Assembly: GCA_904063045.1 (NCBI GenBank)
Contig: CAJFCJ010000005.1
Location: 181,310-245,309 of the forward strand
Direction: 5' to 3'
Origin: Dimorphilus gyrociliatus
Taxonomy: Eukaryota; Animalia; Annelida
DNA: 64,000 nucleotides
The notes under the pieces were generated by a model. It saw nothing but the letters and a program-made list of their open reading frames with translations. It did not search any database and was not told the origin of the DNA. Both the position numbers and the translations under genes were made by a program. Position 1 is the stretch's first letter. Every line of letters starts with the position of its first letter. Below are positions 38,529 through 51,765 of the stretch, piece by piece.

Positions 38529-40028
38529 ATGATCTCTCTGAAAAGTCTCTCATTACGAGTTATATGTAAAAATTTATTGAATCTATATCATATTTGTTTA
38601 CGTAATAATTTAACAATTTGCGATAAATTAGGCAATCAAATATTCGATTATATTAACATTAAAAGGATACATTTAAAAGAAGATGATCTATTGTTATTTT
38701 CAACAGAAATTACAACTTTGACTGAAATTCATTTAAATAAAGAACTTTTGGAAAATATTGGTAAAAGATTCCAATTCTTGAACAATCATTCAATACGAAA
38801 ATTATTTCTATATAACTTTATTAATATCGATTATTTAATAGAGCATATAGATCCTAGAAATATTGAAAATTTACTGATTAATAACTGTTCAATAACATCG
38901 GATTATTTAGGTAATTTGATGGAAAATCAGAGAAAACAATTTAAAGAAACAAACTTGAATAGAGATGTTTGTAACAACTGGTTTACAAACATTTCAACAA
39001 ATTGGACGTTCAATTTGAGAATATTTATCGTTCAATCTTGCGAACTTTCCTACGAAATGGGAACTTTTTTGGGTCGTCAACAACAATTATCATCATTAGA
39101 AATATGTAATGGAAACGTTAAAGAAAATTCTAAACGTTATTTCCTACAGAATATCCCTTCCTCTTGTTCAAATCTAAGTAAATTACTTATGAGAAATTGT
39201 AACCTATCTTCCGAAACGGCAATGTATTTAGGTTTATATATTAACAATCAGAAACAGCTCGACTCCTTAAAGTTGATGGGATTGGATTTGAGATATAGTA
39301 TTGGCGATAATATCTTTAAGAATATCTCTTCAGAGTGCTGCAATTTAAGAGAATTGAACCTAAAATATAGTAAATTATCATTGGAAATGAGTGAATATTT
39401 GGGAATATTTATCAAACGGCAATCGAACTTGATAAAGTTAAATCTTTCAAGAACGAATCTGGAAGGCCAACTAGGAAGAAATGTATTTAAAGACAAGTCA
39501 TCCGTCTGCCGTCTAGAAGAATTATACTTAAATAATTGCAGATTATCGCAAAGTATGAGTAAAAATTTAGCAATTTTCATAGCCAACCAATCAAGACTTG
39601 CCGTATTAAGTTTAAAATGCGTTAACCTAACAGAAGCAATTGGAAATAATTTATTTCATCAGGAGAAATCGAAATGTTGTAATTTACTTCAATTAAATCT
39701 AGCTTGTTGTAATTTATCAATGAAAATGTGTTGGAATTTAGGTCATTTTATTAATAGTCAAACGTTACTTAACAAGCTTAATCTATTGGGAACAAATCTT
39801 GAAGATCAATACGGAAGGTATCTCTTTCAGAATATCTCTTCAAAGTGTTGCAATTTAAGAGAATTGAATTTAAGTTATTGTAAATTATCACCGGAAATGA
39901 GTCAATATTTGGGAAAGTTTATTGGAAATCAAAAAGAATTGTCTATATTCAAATTTGAAGCAACTAATCTTAATGGTAAAATTGGAAAAGATATACTTTC
40001 GAATATTCCAAAATCGTGTTCAATATGA
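38529..40028 (+). CDS. ZER1-like BC/Cul2-box N-terminus plus RI-type LRR protein (499 aa)
   Basis: SLKSLSLRVICKNL start, DDLLLFSTEITTLTEI block, then six 57-aa (28+29) LRR pairs; single exon. Confidence 0.85.
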   Translation: MISLKSLSLRVICKNLLNLYHICLRNNLTICDKLGNQIFDYINIKRIHLKEDDLLLFSTEITTLTEIHLNKELLENIGKRFQFLNNHSIRKLFLYNFINIDYLIEHIDPRNIENLLINNCSITSDYLGNLMENQRKQFKETNLNRDVCNNWFTNISTNWTFNLRIFIVQSCELSYEMGTFLGRQQQLSSLEICNGNVKENSKRYFLQNIPSSCSNLSKLLMRNCNLSSETAMYLGLYINNQKQLDSLKLMGLDLRYSIGDNIFKNISSECCNLRELNLKYSKLSLEMSEYLGIFIKRQSNLIKLNLSRTNLEGQLGRNVFKDKSSVCRLEELYLNNCRLSQSMSKNLAIFIANQSRLAVLSLKCVNLTEAIGNNLFHQEKSKCCNLLQLNLACCNLSMKMCWNLGHFINSQTLLNKLNLLGTNLEDQYGRYLFQNISSKCCNLRELNLSYCKLSPEMSQYLGKFIGNQKELSIFKFEATNLNGKIGKDILSNIPKSCSI

Positions 40029-40091
40029 TTGATAATCGTTCTGTTTTTAATATTAAAACAATACACAATTGATAAACATTGAAATGATTTA

Positions 40092-41459
40092 TTATAAAAG
40101 TAGGCTAAAATCTTTAAAAACATCTGTAAAATCTTTATGAAACTGTAATTTATATTCCAGAACTGAATGTTCAGGATAAGCAGATGTAAGTATTAATTTT
40201 CCGAGGCAAGGTTGTTTCATATGTGTACGAGATGTATATGATATTTTAAGAGTTCCGAGTCTCTGGCATGAGTTGATTAGTATATGGCACAATTTATTAA
40301 ATTCATTATGTATCCTCATATCGTAACTTATGTATAAAAAATGTAAATATTTGCAATTTTTCAGTAAATTCCCTAAATATTGAACTTGTCCTCTGTTCAA
40401 TGAACAATTGTTAACGTAGAGATTCTTTAACTTTAAAAATGACGACCTTAAAGATGTACAAATAGCTTTAAAACCGCTTTCCATACCGGTATTAAAACCT
40501 AAATTCAATTCTTCCAAATCAGTTAGATTTTGAAGTAAATCTGCAAGATTATAGGCTTGCTGTTCGTTTAATAAACATAGAGAAACGTCTATTTTTCTTA
40601 ATCTGCAATTAGATAATTTCAATCCGTAGCACACATCTTTAAATCCCATTTTCAAATCTTGATTAAGGCTTAGATCGATTGATTCTAAGTTTTTTGAATT
40701 TTGTAATAAACTCCCTAAACACATTGTTTGTAAATCATTGATTGAACAATGAGATAAATATAGTTTCTTTAGATTTAAACAAGATAATCTAAATCCATCA
40801 CGAACTGCTCTAAATCCATCATCCGATATACAATTTAAACTTAAATCCAATGATTCCAATTTTTCACAATTTCTCAACAAACGACCTAAATATTGAGCAT
40901 TTTTTCCATTAATTTCACAAAAGCATAAATCGAGCTTCTTAAGCATTGCGCAAGAAGATCGAAGTCCATCGAAAGCGAGTATAAGATTTTCACCTATTTC
41001 ACTGTTGAAACTCAAATCCAAACATTCTAAATTGCAGCAACGTTTCAAGAACTCCCCTAGATGGCGAGTCTGTTCAATCGTCGTTAAACAATGTCGAAGT
41101 GATAATTTCCTTAATGATCTTGGATTAATATTTACGATAATCCCTTCTAATTCGTTAATATCTTTAATATCTAGAATTTCAATTGGATGATCTCTTAAAA
41201 ATTCAAAGTTTTTAACAACAGCAATTTGCTTTTCGCAAAAAGAAACATTCGTTAAAGTAACAACATTCGAACTAAAGAACATTAAATCATCGTTTGAAAG
41301 AGAAGAATAGTTTGAATGCTTTAAGTGTTCAAATATAGAATTACTCACTTGAATAGGTAAACGATATTTATAAAAGACGCATATTTCATAAATTTTAGAC
41401 AAATTATTAACAACAGACACTATCGATAACGTCCTTAAAGATTCCACATACATAATCAT
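40092..41459 (-). CDS. ZER1-like BC/Cul2-box N-terminus plus RI-type LRR protein (455 aa), second subtype
   Basis: VESLRTLSIVSVVNNL...RLPIQVSNSIF...DDLMFFSSNVVTLTNV, then repeats of LESLDLSxN / LKKLxLxxC. Confidence 0.85.
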   Translation of the reverse strand: MIMYVESLRTLSIVSVVNNLSKIYEICVFYKYRLPIQVSNSIFEHLKHSNYSSLSNDDLMFFSSNVVTLTNVSFCEKQIAVVKNFEFLRDHPIEILDIKDINELEGIIVNINPRSLRKLSLRHCLTTIEQTRHLGEFLKRCCNLECLDLSFNSEIGENLILAFDGLRSSCAMLKKLDLCFCEINGKNAQYLGRLLRNCEKLESLDLSLNCISDDGFRAVRDGFRLSCLNLKKLYLSHCSINDLQTMCLGSLLQNSKNLESIDLSLNQDLKMGFKDVCYGLKLSNCRLRKIDVSLCLLNEQQAYNLADLLQNLTDLEELNLGFNTGMESGFKAICTSLRSSFLKLKNLYVNNCSLNRGQVQYLGNLLKNCKYLHFLYISYDMRIHNEFNKLCHILINSCQRLGTLKISYTSRTHMKQPCLGKLILTSAYPEHSVLEYKLQFHKDFTDVFKDFSLLL

Positions 41460-41793
41460 CTATAAAGAATTCTTCTTCTCTTCCTTAATCTAACAATAAC
41501 TGCAGTAAATATAAGTTTGAGTGATAATTGGGTGAAATCGAAGCAAATTTTCAATAGAATATCATATTGGAATGGAATTCGATTAGTAATTCAAACATTT
41601 TTCTCCTTTAGCCTATTATATTAAAAGTATAAAAAGCATAGATTGTCAATTTTACTGGTTGGCTATGGTGTTGAAAGTCTACTTTATATCTTCTAAATAC
41701 AATATAAAAACGTGATAAAAATTTATTATCGTCTTAAGAAGACGATTATAAATGAATAGTTTTATGTGAAAGAGAAAAAAAATAAATTGAACT

Positions 41794-41865
41794 TGACCCC
41801 GACGTGATTTGAACACGCAACCTTCTGATCTGGAGTCAGACGCGCTACCGTTGCGCCACGGAGTC
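41794..41865 (-). tRNA. tRNA-Trp(CCA)
   Basis: Exact reverse complement of the 33315..33386 gene, followed by a T-rich terminator. Confidence 0.97.
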
Positions 41866-43287
41866 GTTTCATACTAATATCATAAATTATCTCGGCACAG
41901 AAGAGAAGAAGACGATTTTCCAGATTGGTTTAGTCATTTTTTTAATCTTCCTGTTCCTATCGAAAAGACGACCAAGGCATATTTAATCTTTATTTACCTT
42001 CAATTATTAGAAAAGAGAAGTTTAGATACTGTAAAATAGGATTTAGTTAAGATTATCGCACTAAATCCCTTAATATTTAACAGTATTATTTTCATTATCA
42101 TTTCAAGAGAATTTACTAAAATGATTACGAATGTATTGAAGCATTAATATGCGGATTATTAGATTAATCGTTGAATAGGAAAAATCTCTATTCAGAGATA
42201 TTAATATCCTTCATAGTTATAGGTAAAGTTAAGTTTGAACACAACCTAAAGATGACATCAAAAAGAATGAAACTATTCAATTCTACGTGTCTATTGGATA
42301 CATAGATACCTTTGCGTGAATACAATATTCATCATCATCATCTAGGCTTAAATTTCAGAATTCAATTACTCTTGGGACGGATTTACAATATGGGAACCTA
42401 GTCAAAAATATGACCATTGCCAAAATTGGTACAGCAATGTCCCCCTAATCAGAGGTGTTAATATCTTCCGATGCTCTCAACTAGATAGATGATTTGAATG
42501 GTCAATACGAAGCGAATAATAGCTAATATGAGATAATGATGGAAAATCAACTCTAACCAATTAAAGTAAACTATAAAGACTTTTATCATCGTCTCAACTT
42601 GGAATATCTTTGAGAGGAAAAGGAGAAAAGAGACTTCGTCATCCAACTAGGTCATACAGTAAAAATATACAGTACTACGTAAAACTGTATATATCCAAGG
42701 CTTGCATGTATTTTAATTATATTTGATTACATTGCAAAAGGAAATATTTGTGTTCTCTTTACATTTGTATTATTTATGAAGAAAAGATTGAATAGTAAAT
42801 TTACATAAGCGATTTCTTTTAATTGTCTTGAATGATGGTTATTTCATTTTCATAGCATATCTATTCTATTGGTACATAGTATAAAAAATTCAATATTTGA
42901 AGGAAAGACGACAATTGTAAACACTAGAGTTGTTCAATGTAAATTAATTGAATGATCAATATTTTTTCGTAGAGGCTTGCTAATATAATAAAAAAGTTTC
43001 TTGGATTACTAATTACATTGAAATATGGCTTTCAACTTGTATGTTATTAAATATATAGTGATTTTTATAACAATTGATATTACTGGTACGAATAAGGATA
43101 TTGTTTCTTTCAATAACATTTATAGTACATTCAAATTTTACCGATAGTTTGCTGCAATGACAACAATGATTGCCCGTACGACAGTAATTGTATAAATAAT
43201 ATCTGTACCTGCTCTCATCCTTTGCAAAATGAAATATGCCATTTAGGTATAAATTCAAAATATTAGTGTTCAAACATTTCTTTTAAC

Positions 43288-46200
43288 ATGATTTATTATT
43301 ATTCAATTATTCAATCCGAAGGAACGAAGTATGCATTTTTTAAAGAAGATTGTAACCTTGGTGACATATCTTCGTATCCGAATTCTCCAAGCATTTCCTT
43401 TTGTGTAGAGAAGTGTAGCTTGAATGAAAATTGTACTACTGTGGTTGTAGGTTTTCGAATAGGTGGTGGAATAACTTGCTTTTTAAAATCTCATTGCGTA
43501 TATCCTCTTAGAAACTATACTGGAGTTGACTTTACTGAAATACATTCCATTATTGCAAGAGGTAAATTTTTTAAACAGTTTATAATTATGTTTCAAATAA
43601 ATCATTCAATCTTTATTCAAAAGACAATGAACTATCGGTTTGCGGTATTGAAAATGCGTTTGTTACTCATTTGCGAGAATGTATAGAATTTTTGTGGAAA
43701 ACTTATACCAATTGTTCAATGAGAGGACTCGGATTAATGGCAAATATTAACCGCTGGATGGGTTTATATAGTTTAAGGCAAATCAAAAAGGAAATGATGG
43801 AAATTAGTCAAAATTCTACTCATTTTAGTCAACCTTGGTCTAGAAAAGGACAAAAATTCATTAGAACTTTATGCTACGGACGTCAATCTTCGGGAAAATA
43901 TAACATAGCTTTTAATAAAACAATACAAACGCTTAATTTCGTTATTTCTGATCCAGTCCATATTTGGAATACTGATCATTTAGTTGATGGTATTTTGAAC
44001 TTTAATCCGAATGCAGGTGGTTGTAGCCAAATGACATTCAACGGACAAATGATGAATCGGTTTTCTATTGATATAAAAGAAGAATATTTAATTGAAACAA
44101 TTTTACTATATCCATCAAAGATCTTAGGTTTAAAGGAAGAATATCTAATGTAATTACTAATATAAACTCTCCCCTTTTCAGAATCTTCTATAGAATTGAA
44201 CATTTATATCTCGTCTTCTGGAATTGAAGATAATTTTTACGAGGCAGGGGAAGGCTTTTTCTCATGCGCCCTATTACAAATCATTCAACCATCAATTGAA
44301 GTGAAAGTAATTAATTGCGAAGATGATACTAGACCGGGAAGATTTGTTATTTTTGATTTAATATTCCCTCAAACAATTACTATATGCGAAATTGAAGTCT
44401 ATACAGGTAATAGTATAGATTAATCATAACAACTACCAACAGAAAAATCTTTAAGCTCTGTTTTTCAACTTTCAAGCTGATTTAGCTCTCGGTGGAGAAT
44501 CGTTCTCTTCCAGTGCACTTTCCTATAGTTACTTAGCTGTACAAGAAAAATTTCCTGTTCATGTCGGCTTTAATTCAAGACTTGAAACTTTGGCGTGGTT
44601 TAGTGTATATTTACACGGAAAGTATCTTATTTACGGATTAGATATCTTTAAATTAGGTTACAACCATCTAAAGGCTTTTACTGTAAATCGAAATTTTATA
44701 TTGGATCAAAAAACCCAGGAAAAGGAATTATGCTCTGTTTTAAATTCAGTAGATTCTTTAGATTACTTATTTCTTCCATGCGAAAATCATTTAATTGGCG
44801 AATTCGTTGTAGTAAAGAGTGTTAATTGGTTAAATATAAATAGAATTGAGATATGGGGATTATTTCAAAATGAATCTGGTAAGATATACTATTATAATCT
44901 TTGTATTAGAAAATAAATAGAGGCGTCTCTTTTTTCTAACGATATCGACAACATTGCCTACGGAAAACCTGTCTGGAGACATTCAGCTCTAGATTCTTCA
45001 ACAGTGAACGATCACTACGCTTATTATACAACTGATGGATTTAATGGACCAAATTATACTTCAACTAAATTATCAGACAAACCCTGTTGGATTATGATTG
45101 ATTTATTGAATATATACAGAGTTGAGTATATAGGTATTCAAATGATGCCATTCTGTTCAGGTAAAATGAAAAATACCTTTAGTTTCCTTTCTATTTTTTT
45201 CAATTTTTGAACACAATGGTAACAGATTGTTACCTAGACTTGGTACTTTCAAAGTATCATTATCATCTCTTCAAAATATTAAAAGATAAGGATTCAATGG
45301 ATAAATATAAGGTTATTCAAAAATCTGATTGCATAACCAATGATTATCTTAATCAGAGTAATTTGGGGAAAACTGTAATATGGAATTGTTCTCTATCATT
45401 TACATATGGTAGATATATTTTCGTTCAAAACAAAGCAGATGGCGTTAGTAGGTTGATCATAAATGAATTATACGCTTTTGGAACTTTACTCAAAGATAAC
45501 AAGGATTTTATGTATGAAATTCCATTCTTGGACGCATCTTCTAACATTAAACATATACCTTCATTGAATTCTCCTTTAAATATAATTGATAATGATTTTA
45601 ATAATATACCATCGTCACCTTCCTGTTCAACACTTGATTCTGTTGAGAAGAAAGAATTCTTTATCAATCTGTTGAGCTATCATTACGTATACGATGTTAT
45701 TATTCAACCAAAACTTTCTAATGACGGTTTTTATATACAAAATATGAACGTATTCGTTCAAAATTCAACAGAACAAATTAAAAGGCCTTGTGGATTTTTT
45801 GTGTCGGGTTTGGAGGATACTGGAGCTATTATTAATATTAATTGCGTTGAACCGTTACTAGGCAACCAAATCATTCTGATTGGAGATAACAAAGAGAAAC
45901 ATTTTAGTATTTGTGAGGTTAAAGCTTTTGGAGAAGTTTTTCAAGGTAAAAATGAACGTCTAACTTATTGTGTTTTGGGGAGATTTCATTCCAGTATGTT
46001 GACAAATTTACATAACAATCATTTTATATGCTGAACTGTATTAAAATCTCTCTCTAAAATAAAGTCAACGACAGAAAAATTGGAACACCTCGAATTTTGA
46101 TATGCCAAATTTTAAAAATCTTTTTCATTATGAAAAAAGATTATTTTTCTTTTTTTCAGTGTTTAGTATTAGGTTAAACTTGCAATTTTATATAAATTTC

Positions 46201-47136
46201 TTTCAAAAAGCAGTTAGGTAAGTTTTATAAAATTTTTTTTCATAGAAATGACTATTGTTTTATGATTATTTTTCTTATTTAGCCAATCGCAATGATTATT
46301 GGAACACAGCCTTTGTCAGATTCTTTTGTAATTGAAGTTTTGTCTTTTAAGCTCCCTCTGAATTGTTCGGAGACTTACATCTACTTCTAATTCCTTTAAT
46401 ATCTTTGCTACTGTCATCCTTTCCTTTAAATCTTTCAGTTTCTTCACAATCCTTTTCATCTCGCCTATCTCTCTGTCTAAAGGCTTCTTTAGACCACTCC
46501 TATTGTTTTGCTTTGGCTGTTTATACTTCAAGATATCACTAATTAATGATGGTGCCATTCCTAAAACTCTTGCCGTTGCCCTAAATTTCTAAACATATTT
46601 CGCTAAAATATTCACAAAATGTGATGATTTTCTCAAATTTTTTTCAATATTGTGTAAATTTAATTCTTTTTCTATATAAATTTAGACAAAAAAGACTACT
46701 TTACAGCGAACAAATAATTTTAACCTTTAATTAAAAGTTGGCCTACCAAAATTTACAATGTCCACATTTTCTTGTCGTTTACTTTATATAGCTAATTACT
46801 ATGCTGTATAAGAGCTAAAACTCAATCATTCTTTCCTTAAAAGGATACAAGAACGAAACTGCTCTACTACGTCAAATGAAAATATATCGAAATACGAGAT
46901 TATCGAATAGTTTCTTTTGTTTAATTTCAAGCTTTAAAGAAACGATTATAAGCTGCTTTAAACTATGTACAGATAATAATTGTTTGTTATTATCTTTCGA
47001 TGTTGTAAAGAAACTTTGCTGTATCTCTTTGGTAAGAAGTCTGGAATTATATTTTCAGAATTATGCTAATAGTTTTATTGGGCAAGTTCGTAATGAGACC
47101 AGTGAAGTTTACAAACAACAATTGTGCAATTATTAA
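43288..47136 (+). CDS. PAN, four F-type-lectin-like domains, PAN; paralog B, multi-exon
   Basis: Exon-by-exon homology to paralog A (RECIEFLW, GKYNIAF, TICEIEVY, ENHLIGEF, NIAYGKP, SICEVKAF). The last exon 46850..47136 is separated by an intron holding a Tc1-like element. The 5' start is uncertain. Confidence 0.7.
46062..46784 (-). mobile_element. Internally deleted Tc1/mariner element
   Basis: Imperfect ~55-bp TIRs (AAGTCAACGACAGAAAAATTGGAACACC.. / ..GTCCACATTTTCTTGTCGTTTACTT) flanked by TA on both sides. ORF 46316..46558 encodes a Tc3-type HTH (VSLRTIQRELKRQNFNYKRI); no DDD/E domain remains. Confidence 0.8.
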
Positions 47137-47507
47137 TTGACAAACTAGCTAAGACAATAAATAGAAAAGTCGATGTTTCTATACAATTCAAAAAACTCTT
47201 GAATGCGCTTTTTCTAAATGTATAGTTAACTTTGAACACAATAATAAATTGCTTTATGATCAGTTGAGAAAGAATTTAATCATCTTGATTTTTAGATTAG
47301 ATTAAGTAGAACAAGGAAGAAATATGAATGATAGTAACTGTTTTAAAGATTAGATTACAGATTTCGTTTATTTTAACTAAATGAAAAAGTAAAGAACGAC
47401 TATAATACTAAATCAAATTAGATAAATTTTTAATTTGGCATTTTCATACAAAGTCAAATAGAATAGAATTCTCAATTCTGAACATAGAGATGACTCTAAT
47501 TCTGATC

Positions 47508-49454
47508 TTAAACTATTAAAAATAATGACATTGACGAGTATACTTCATTATTAGCTATACAACCTGTGTAATCTACATGTAGATTGTCTCCTGCATTCAT
47601 TCTAACCAAGCCTGCTTTTGATATTAAATCAGACCCGGCACTCTCTGATCTTCTTCTATATAACCTAAACATTTCAACTTGATTGACACGAACAGAAACC
47701 TCTGCAATGCTGTATCTCTGAACAGCGATGTTAAGATCAACATAATAAGTACCATCTTTCGGGGCTATATACACATCGGAAGAGTTCCATGAATATGTTG
47801 TATCGTGTAGAATTCTATTAAAGTTCATTCTATAAGTTTGACTGCCGCAAGGTGAATGAACACCAGGACCTTGAGTCACATATAAAATAGGTGAGCTTTC
47901 GTTCAATCTAAAAGCAGAAAGATAAGTAGAATCATAAGAATAGTCTTGATATCCCTGTAAGAAATATTCAAAAGTCCTATAACCACTCTCAAATTGACAA
48001 ATAAAACTTCGCGATAGTTGAGTGTTGTCATTTCTATGAGGATAATTACGAACTATCTGTTCACTTGCAGTGCTAACAGAGTCTATCAAAATCGAAGCAT
48101 TTACAGCAGAATTACTACTGGTACCAACACCAAAGCTAACAAAATAATATCCAGTTGCACCTGCCGTGAATGTACTATACCCATTAGAAATTTGAAAGCC
48201 TCTAATACTGCCAATAGAAGTCATATTAAGAATACCGTCATGTCTACCACTTGAACTAATAGCAGCATAGATATAATTGTCAGACGAATATCTGAAACCG
48301 AGCCACGAAGTATCTTTTCCAGTATCATCTCCAACTAAATTTGCGCTGCTTAATCTTTGATAGATATGTGGTCGATATAGGCTACTCAGAGTAAATAAGC
48401 CACTTCTGGTTGTTAAATCAAAAGAAGATGTTAGCCGTTCTCTCGTTAGGCCAATTGTTCTGCCAGCATTTTCTAGAGCAAGTCGAATACCGCTGTTAAA
48501 TGCAACAGTAGCAGTCATAGACATATAATATAAACCAGACTTTTTTATATTTAATGAATTGTCTCCAGAACTAAATAAATCATCTTGATTTATATCAATC
48601 GAGCTCCATCTGACTTTTTCTATATTGAATGAAGTAGTCCTTTGTAAAGATACCATAAATGCTGGTTCTCTGTAATATCCACAATCGGGTGTTCGACAAC
48701 CTTCCACTTCAATTGGTACACCCGGACATTCGGCACCGCCGTTTATTGGTGGAGGATTATTACAGTTTCTTGTTCGAGTTCGTATTCCATCACCTCCACA
48801 ACTCGGTTCACATTCACCCCAAGGTGACCATTCAGACCAACCTCCTGGTCTTGGACAGTTCGCATCTTCCGCTCGAACACAAAGCTTTACGGTACACGTT
48901 CTTGGATTAACTACAGGGCTAAAAAAGAAACCGGGAGGACATTGTTGGGGCCAAGATACCCCATTTTCGCAATGATAATAGATTCTACAATCGATTAAAC
49001 TCGGAACTGTTGCATTAAGATTTGGTGCACATTCGTCCGTTTTTGTAAAACAAGGAGTTGAAAAATCTTTCTGGTTTGGTTCGCATTGTTGAGGTTCTTT
49101 ATGGAACACCTCATTATTGGACGTTGGACAATCAGCATATTCAGGTGCAACACAAGTTATAATTGTACAATCTAACGTTGTAAATCTAAAGAAAAGACCA
49201 AGAGGACAGTTCTGTGGATAAGCTTTACCATTGATACATTGATAATAGGCACCGCAAAATTGCGGATCTCTGTAGGCTCCGTCAATTGGTCTGAAGTTGT
49301 TGTCAACAGGACAATTGAATGAACTTGAAGGTGAAAAGAGCGTTGTAAAGAAGACTGTATACGAATATTCGTAAAGTGTATTTAACAAATCGATGGAGTG
49401 TAATAATAAAAGTTAAAGGAACTTACAAGCTATAATAAAAGTATTCCTTTTCAT
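47508..49454 (-). CDS. Secreted CBM14x2-TSP1-C1qx3 protein, copy A
   Basis: Exon 1 is 49454..49427 (MKRNTFIIA), then a 72-bp GT-AG intron and exon 2 49354..47508. Two peritrophin-A Cys motifs, WSEWSPW...RTRTRNC TSP1, and three C1q-like domains (AFMVSL, SGLYY, APKDGTYY, LVRMNAGD). Confidence 0.9.
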
Positions 49455-49815
49455 CTTTCCAGCTATATTTTCAAGCATTTAATGAGAGAATTTCAAGCGA
49501 TAACCATAAATTTATAGTATAAATTGCTTAGAAGATATGCGATAGCATAGATATTGTATAGCTTTATCAAGCTTTTAAGATATAGCTAGAGCATGTAGAG
49601 GACGAAAACTTTGCTGGAATAAGAGTCTGTATCAGTGTTTTATCTCTAAATGAATATGATAGTGTTTAAAAAGAAGAAAGAGGTCAATGTATTGAATAAG
49701 GTAACTTTTGAAATGGTAAAATATTTGGCAAGATATAATGTATTTTGTAATTTATTAGAACCATAATTTCGTACAAATTGTTTAGAAAGTACATGTATTT
49801 GAAAGTTAATAGGTT

Positions 49816-51765
49816 CTAAGACACTAATAAAAGAGACATTGATGAAACCATATCAGAAGTTGATATACAACCATCATATTTCGTTGTTAAAATATCCCCT
49901 TTGTTCATTTGTATTAATACCGATTTAGATATTAATTCTGAATTTTCATTATCAGATCTCCATTTCAACATCCTCATTGTCACTAAATTATTAACTTCAA
50001 CAAACACTCTTAAATGACTTCTATATCTAACGACAACGCTTATATCGATATAATATGTACCGTTTACGGGTGATGTATAGGAGAAATTATTAAAATTCCA
50101 CGAATTTTTTGTATCCATGCTTTTTCTATTAAACTCTATCTTGCTAGGCGATATTGTACATGATTGTGAAGATGACATACTTTGCCAGACAAATAGAATA
50201 GGTAAACTATCATTCAATTTATATGCTAACAAATAAGTAGGAAAACCTTCAGATGAGTTATGTCCTCCTTCAATAAAATACTCAAAGCTCGTATCATCGT
50301 CAATCAAACGAATGAAACTACGAGATAATTGATCGGAACTATCAATGTGTTTACTGTTACGTCTTATTCTTTCATATGGATTATTTGCTGAATTTATGAA
50401 AATGGAAACATTTACATTTTCTGCTGAAAAAGGTCCAATGCCAAAGTTAATAAAATAGACTCCACCTTCTCGACTAATAAACCTTCTATTCGAGTTAACA
50501 GCCATAAAATTTCTCATATTTATAATAGAGTCGAGAGCAAGATAGCGTTCATCAAAAGTGCTCAATTCGGAGCCAGCGAATAAATAATTATTAGATGAAT
50601 ATTCAAATCCTAACCAGGAAGTATCCTTTCCAAAATTATCACCTGCCAAGAATGAAGAAGGCAGTCCTTGGTGAACGTATGGTCGAAATAAACTGTTCAA
50701 ATTGAATAGACAATTTCTAGTTATCAGATCAAAACTTTTCTCATTTCTTTCTCTCTTTAAACCCATTCTTTTACCCAAATTCTCAAGGGAAAGAGAAGTT
50801 CCACTATTTCCTCCTATAGTAGCAGTTATAGAAAAATAATATAAACCAGACTTTTTGATATTTAATGAATTGTCTGCAAAATTAAATAAATCATCTTGAT
50901 TAACATCAATCGAACTCCATTTAACTCTCCCCTGAGAAAGAATTGTGCTCGTCTGTAAAGATACCATAAATGCTGGTACTCTGTAAATTCCACAATCGGG
51001 TGTTCGACAACCTTCCACTTCAATTGGTACACCCGGACATTCGGCACCGCCGTTTATTGGTGGAGGATTATTACAGTTTCTTGTTCGAGTTCGTATTCCA
51101 TCACCTCCACAACTCGGTTCACAATCGCTCCAAGGTGACCATTCAGACCAACCTCCTGGTCTTGGACAGTTCGCATCTTCCGCTCGAACACAAAGCTTTA
51201 TGGTACACGTTCTTGGATTAACTACAGGGTTAAAAAAGAAACCGGGAGGACATTGTTGGGGCCAAGATACTCCATTGTCGCAATGATAATAGATTCTACA
51301 ATCGATTAAACTCGGAACTGTTGCATTAAGATTTGGTGCACATTCGTCCGTTTTTGTAAAACAAGGAGTTGAAAAATCTTTCTGGTTTGGTTCGCATTGT
51401 TGAGGTTCTTTATGAAACACCTCATTATAAGACGTTGGACAATCAGTATATTCAGGCTTAACACAAGTTATAATTGTACAATCTAACGTTGTAAATCTAA
51501 AGAAAAGACCGAGAGGACAGTTCTGTGGATAAGCTTTACCATCGATACATTGATAATAGGCACCGCAAAATTGCGGATCTCTGTAGGCTCCGTCAATTGG
51601 TCTGAAGTTGTTGTCAACAGGACAATTGAATGAAATTGAAGGTGAAAAGTGCGTTGTAAAGAAGACTGTATGCGAATATTCGTAAAGTGTATTTAACAAA
51701 TCGGTGGATTGTAATAATAAAAGTTAAATGAACATACAAACTATAAATAAGATGCTGTTTTTCAT
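49816..51765 (-). CDS. Secreted CBM14x2-TSP1-C1qx3 protein, copy B
   Basis: Exon 1 is 51765..51738 (MKNSILFIV), then a 72-bp intron and exon 2 51665..49816; same architecture as copy A. Confidence 0.9.

Noticed and set aside
43013-43273. Cys-containing minus-strand ORF upstream of lectin paralog B
   Set aside because: No recognisable domain or splice context; could be chance in AT-rich DNA.
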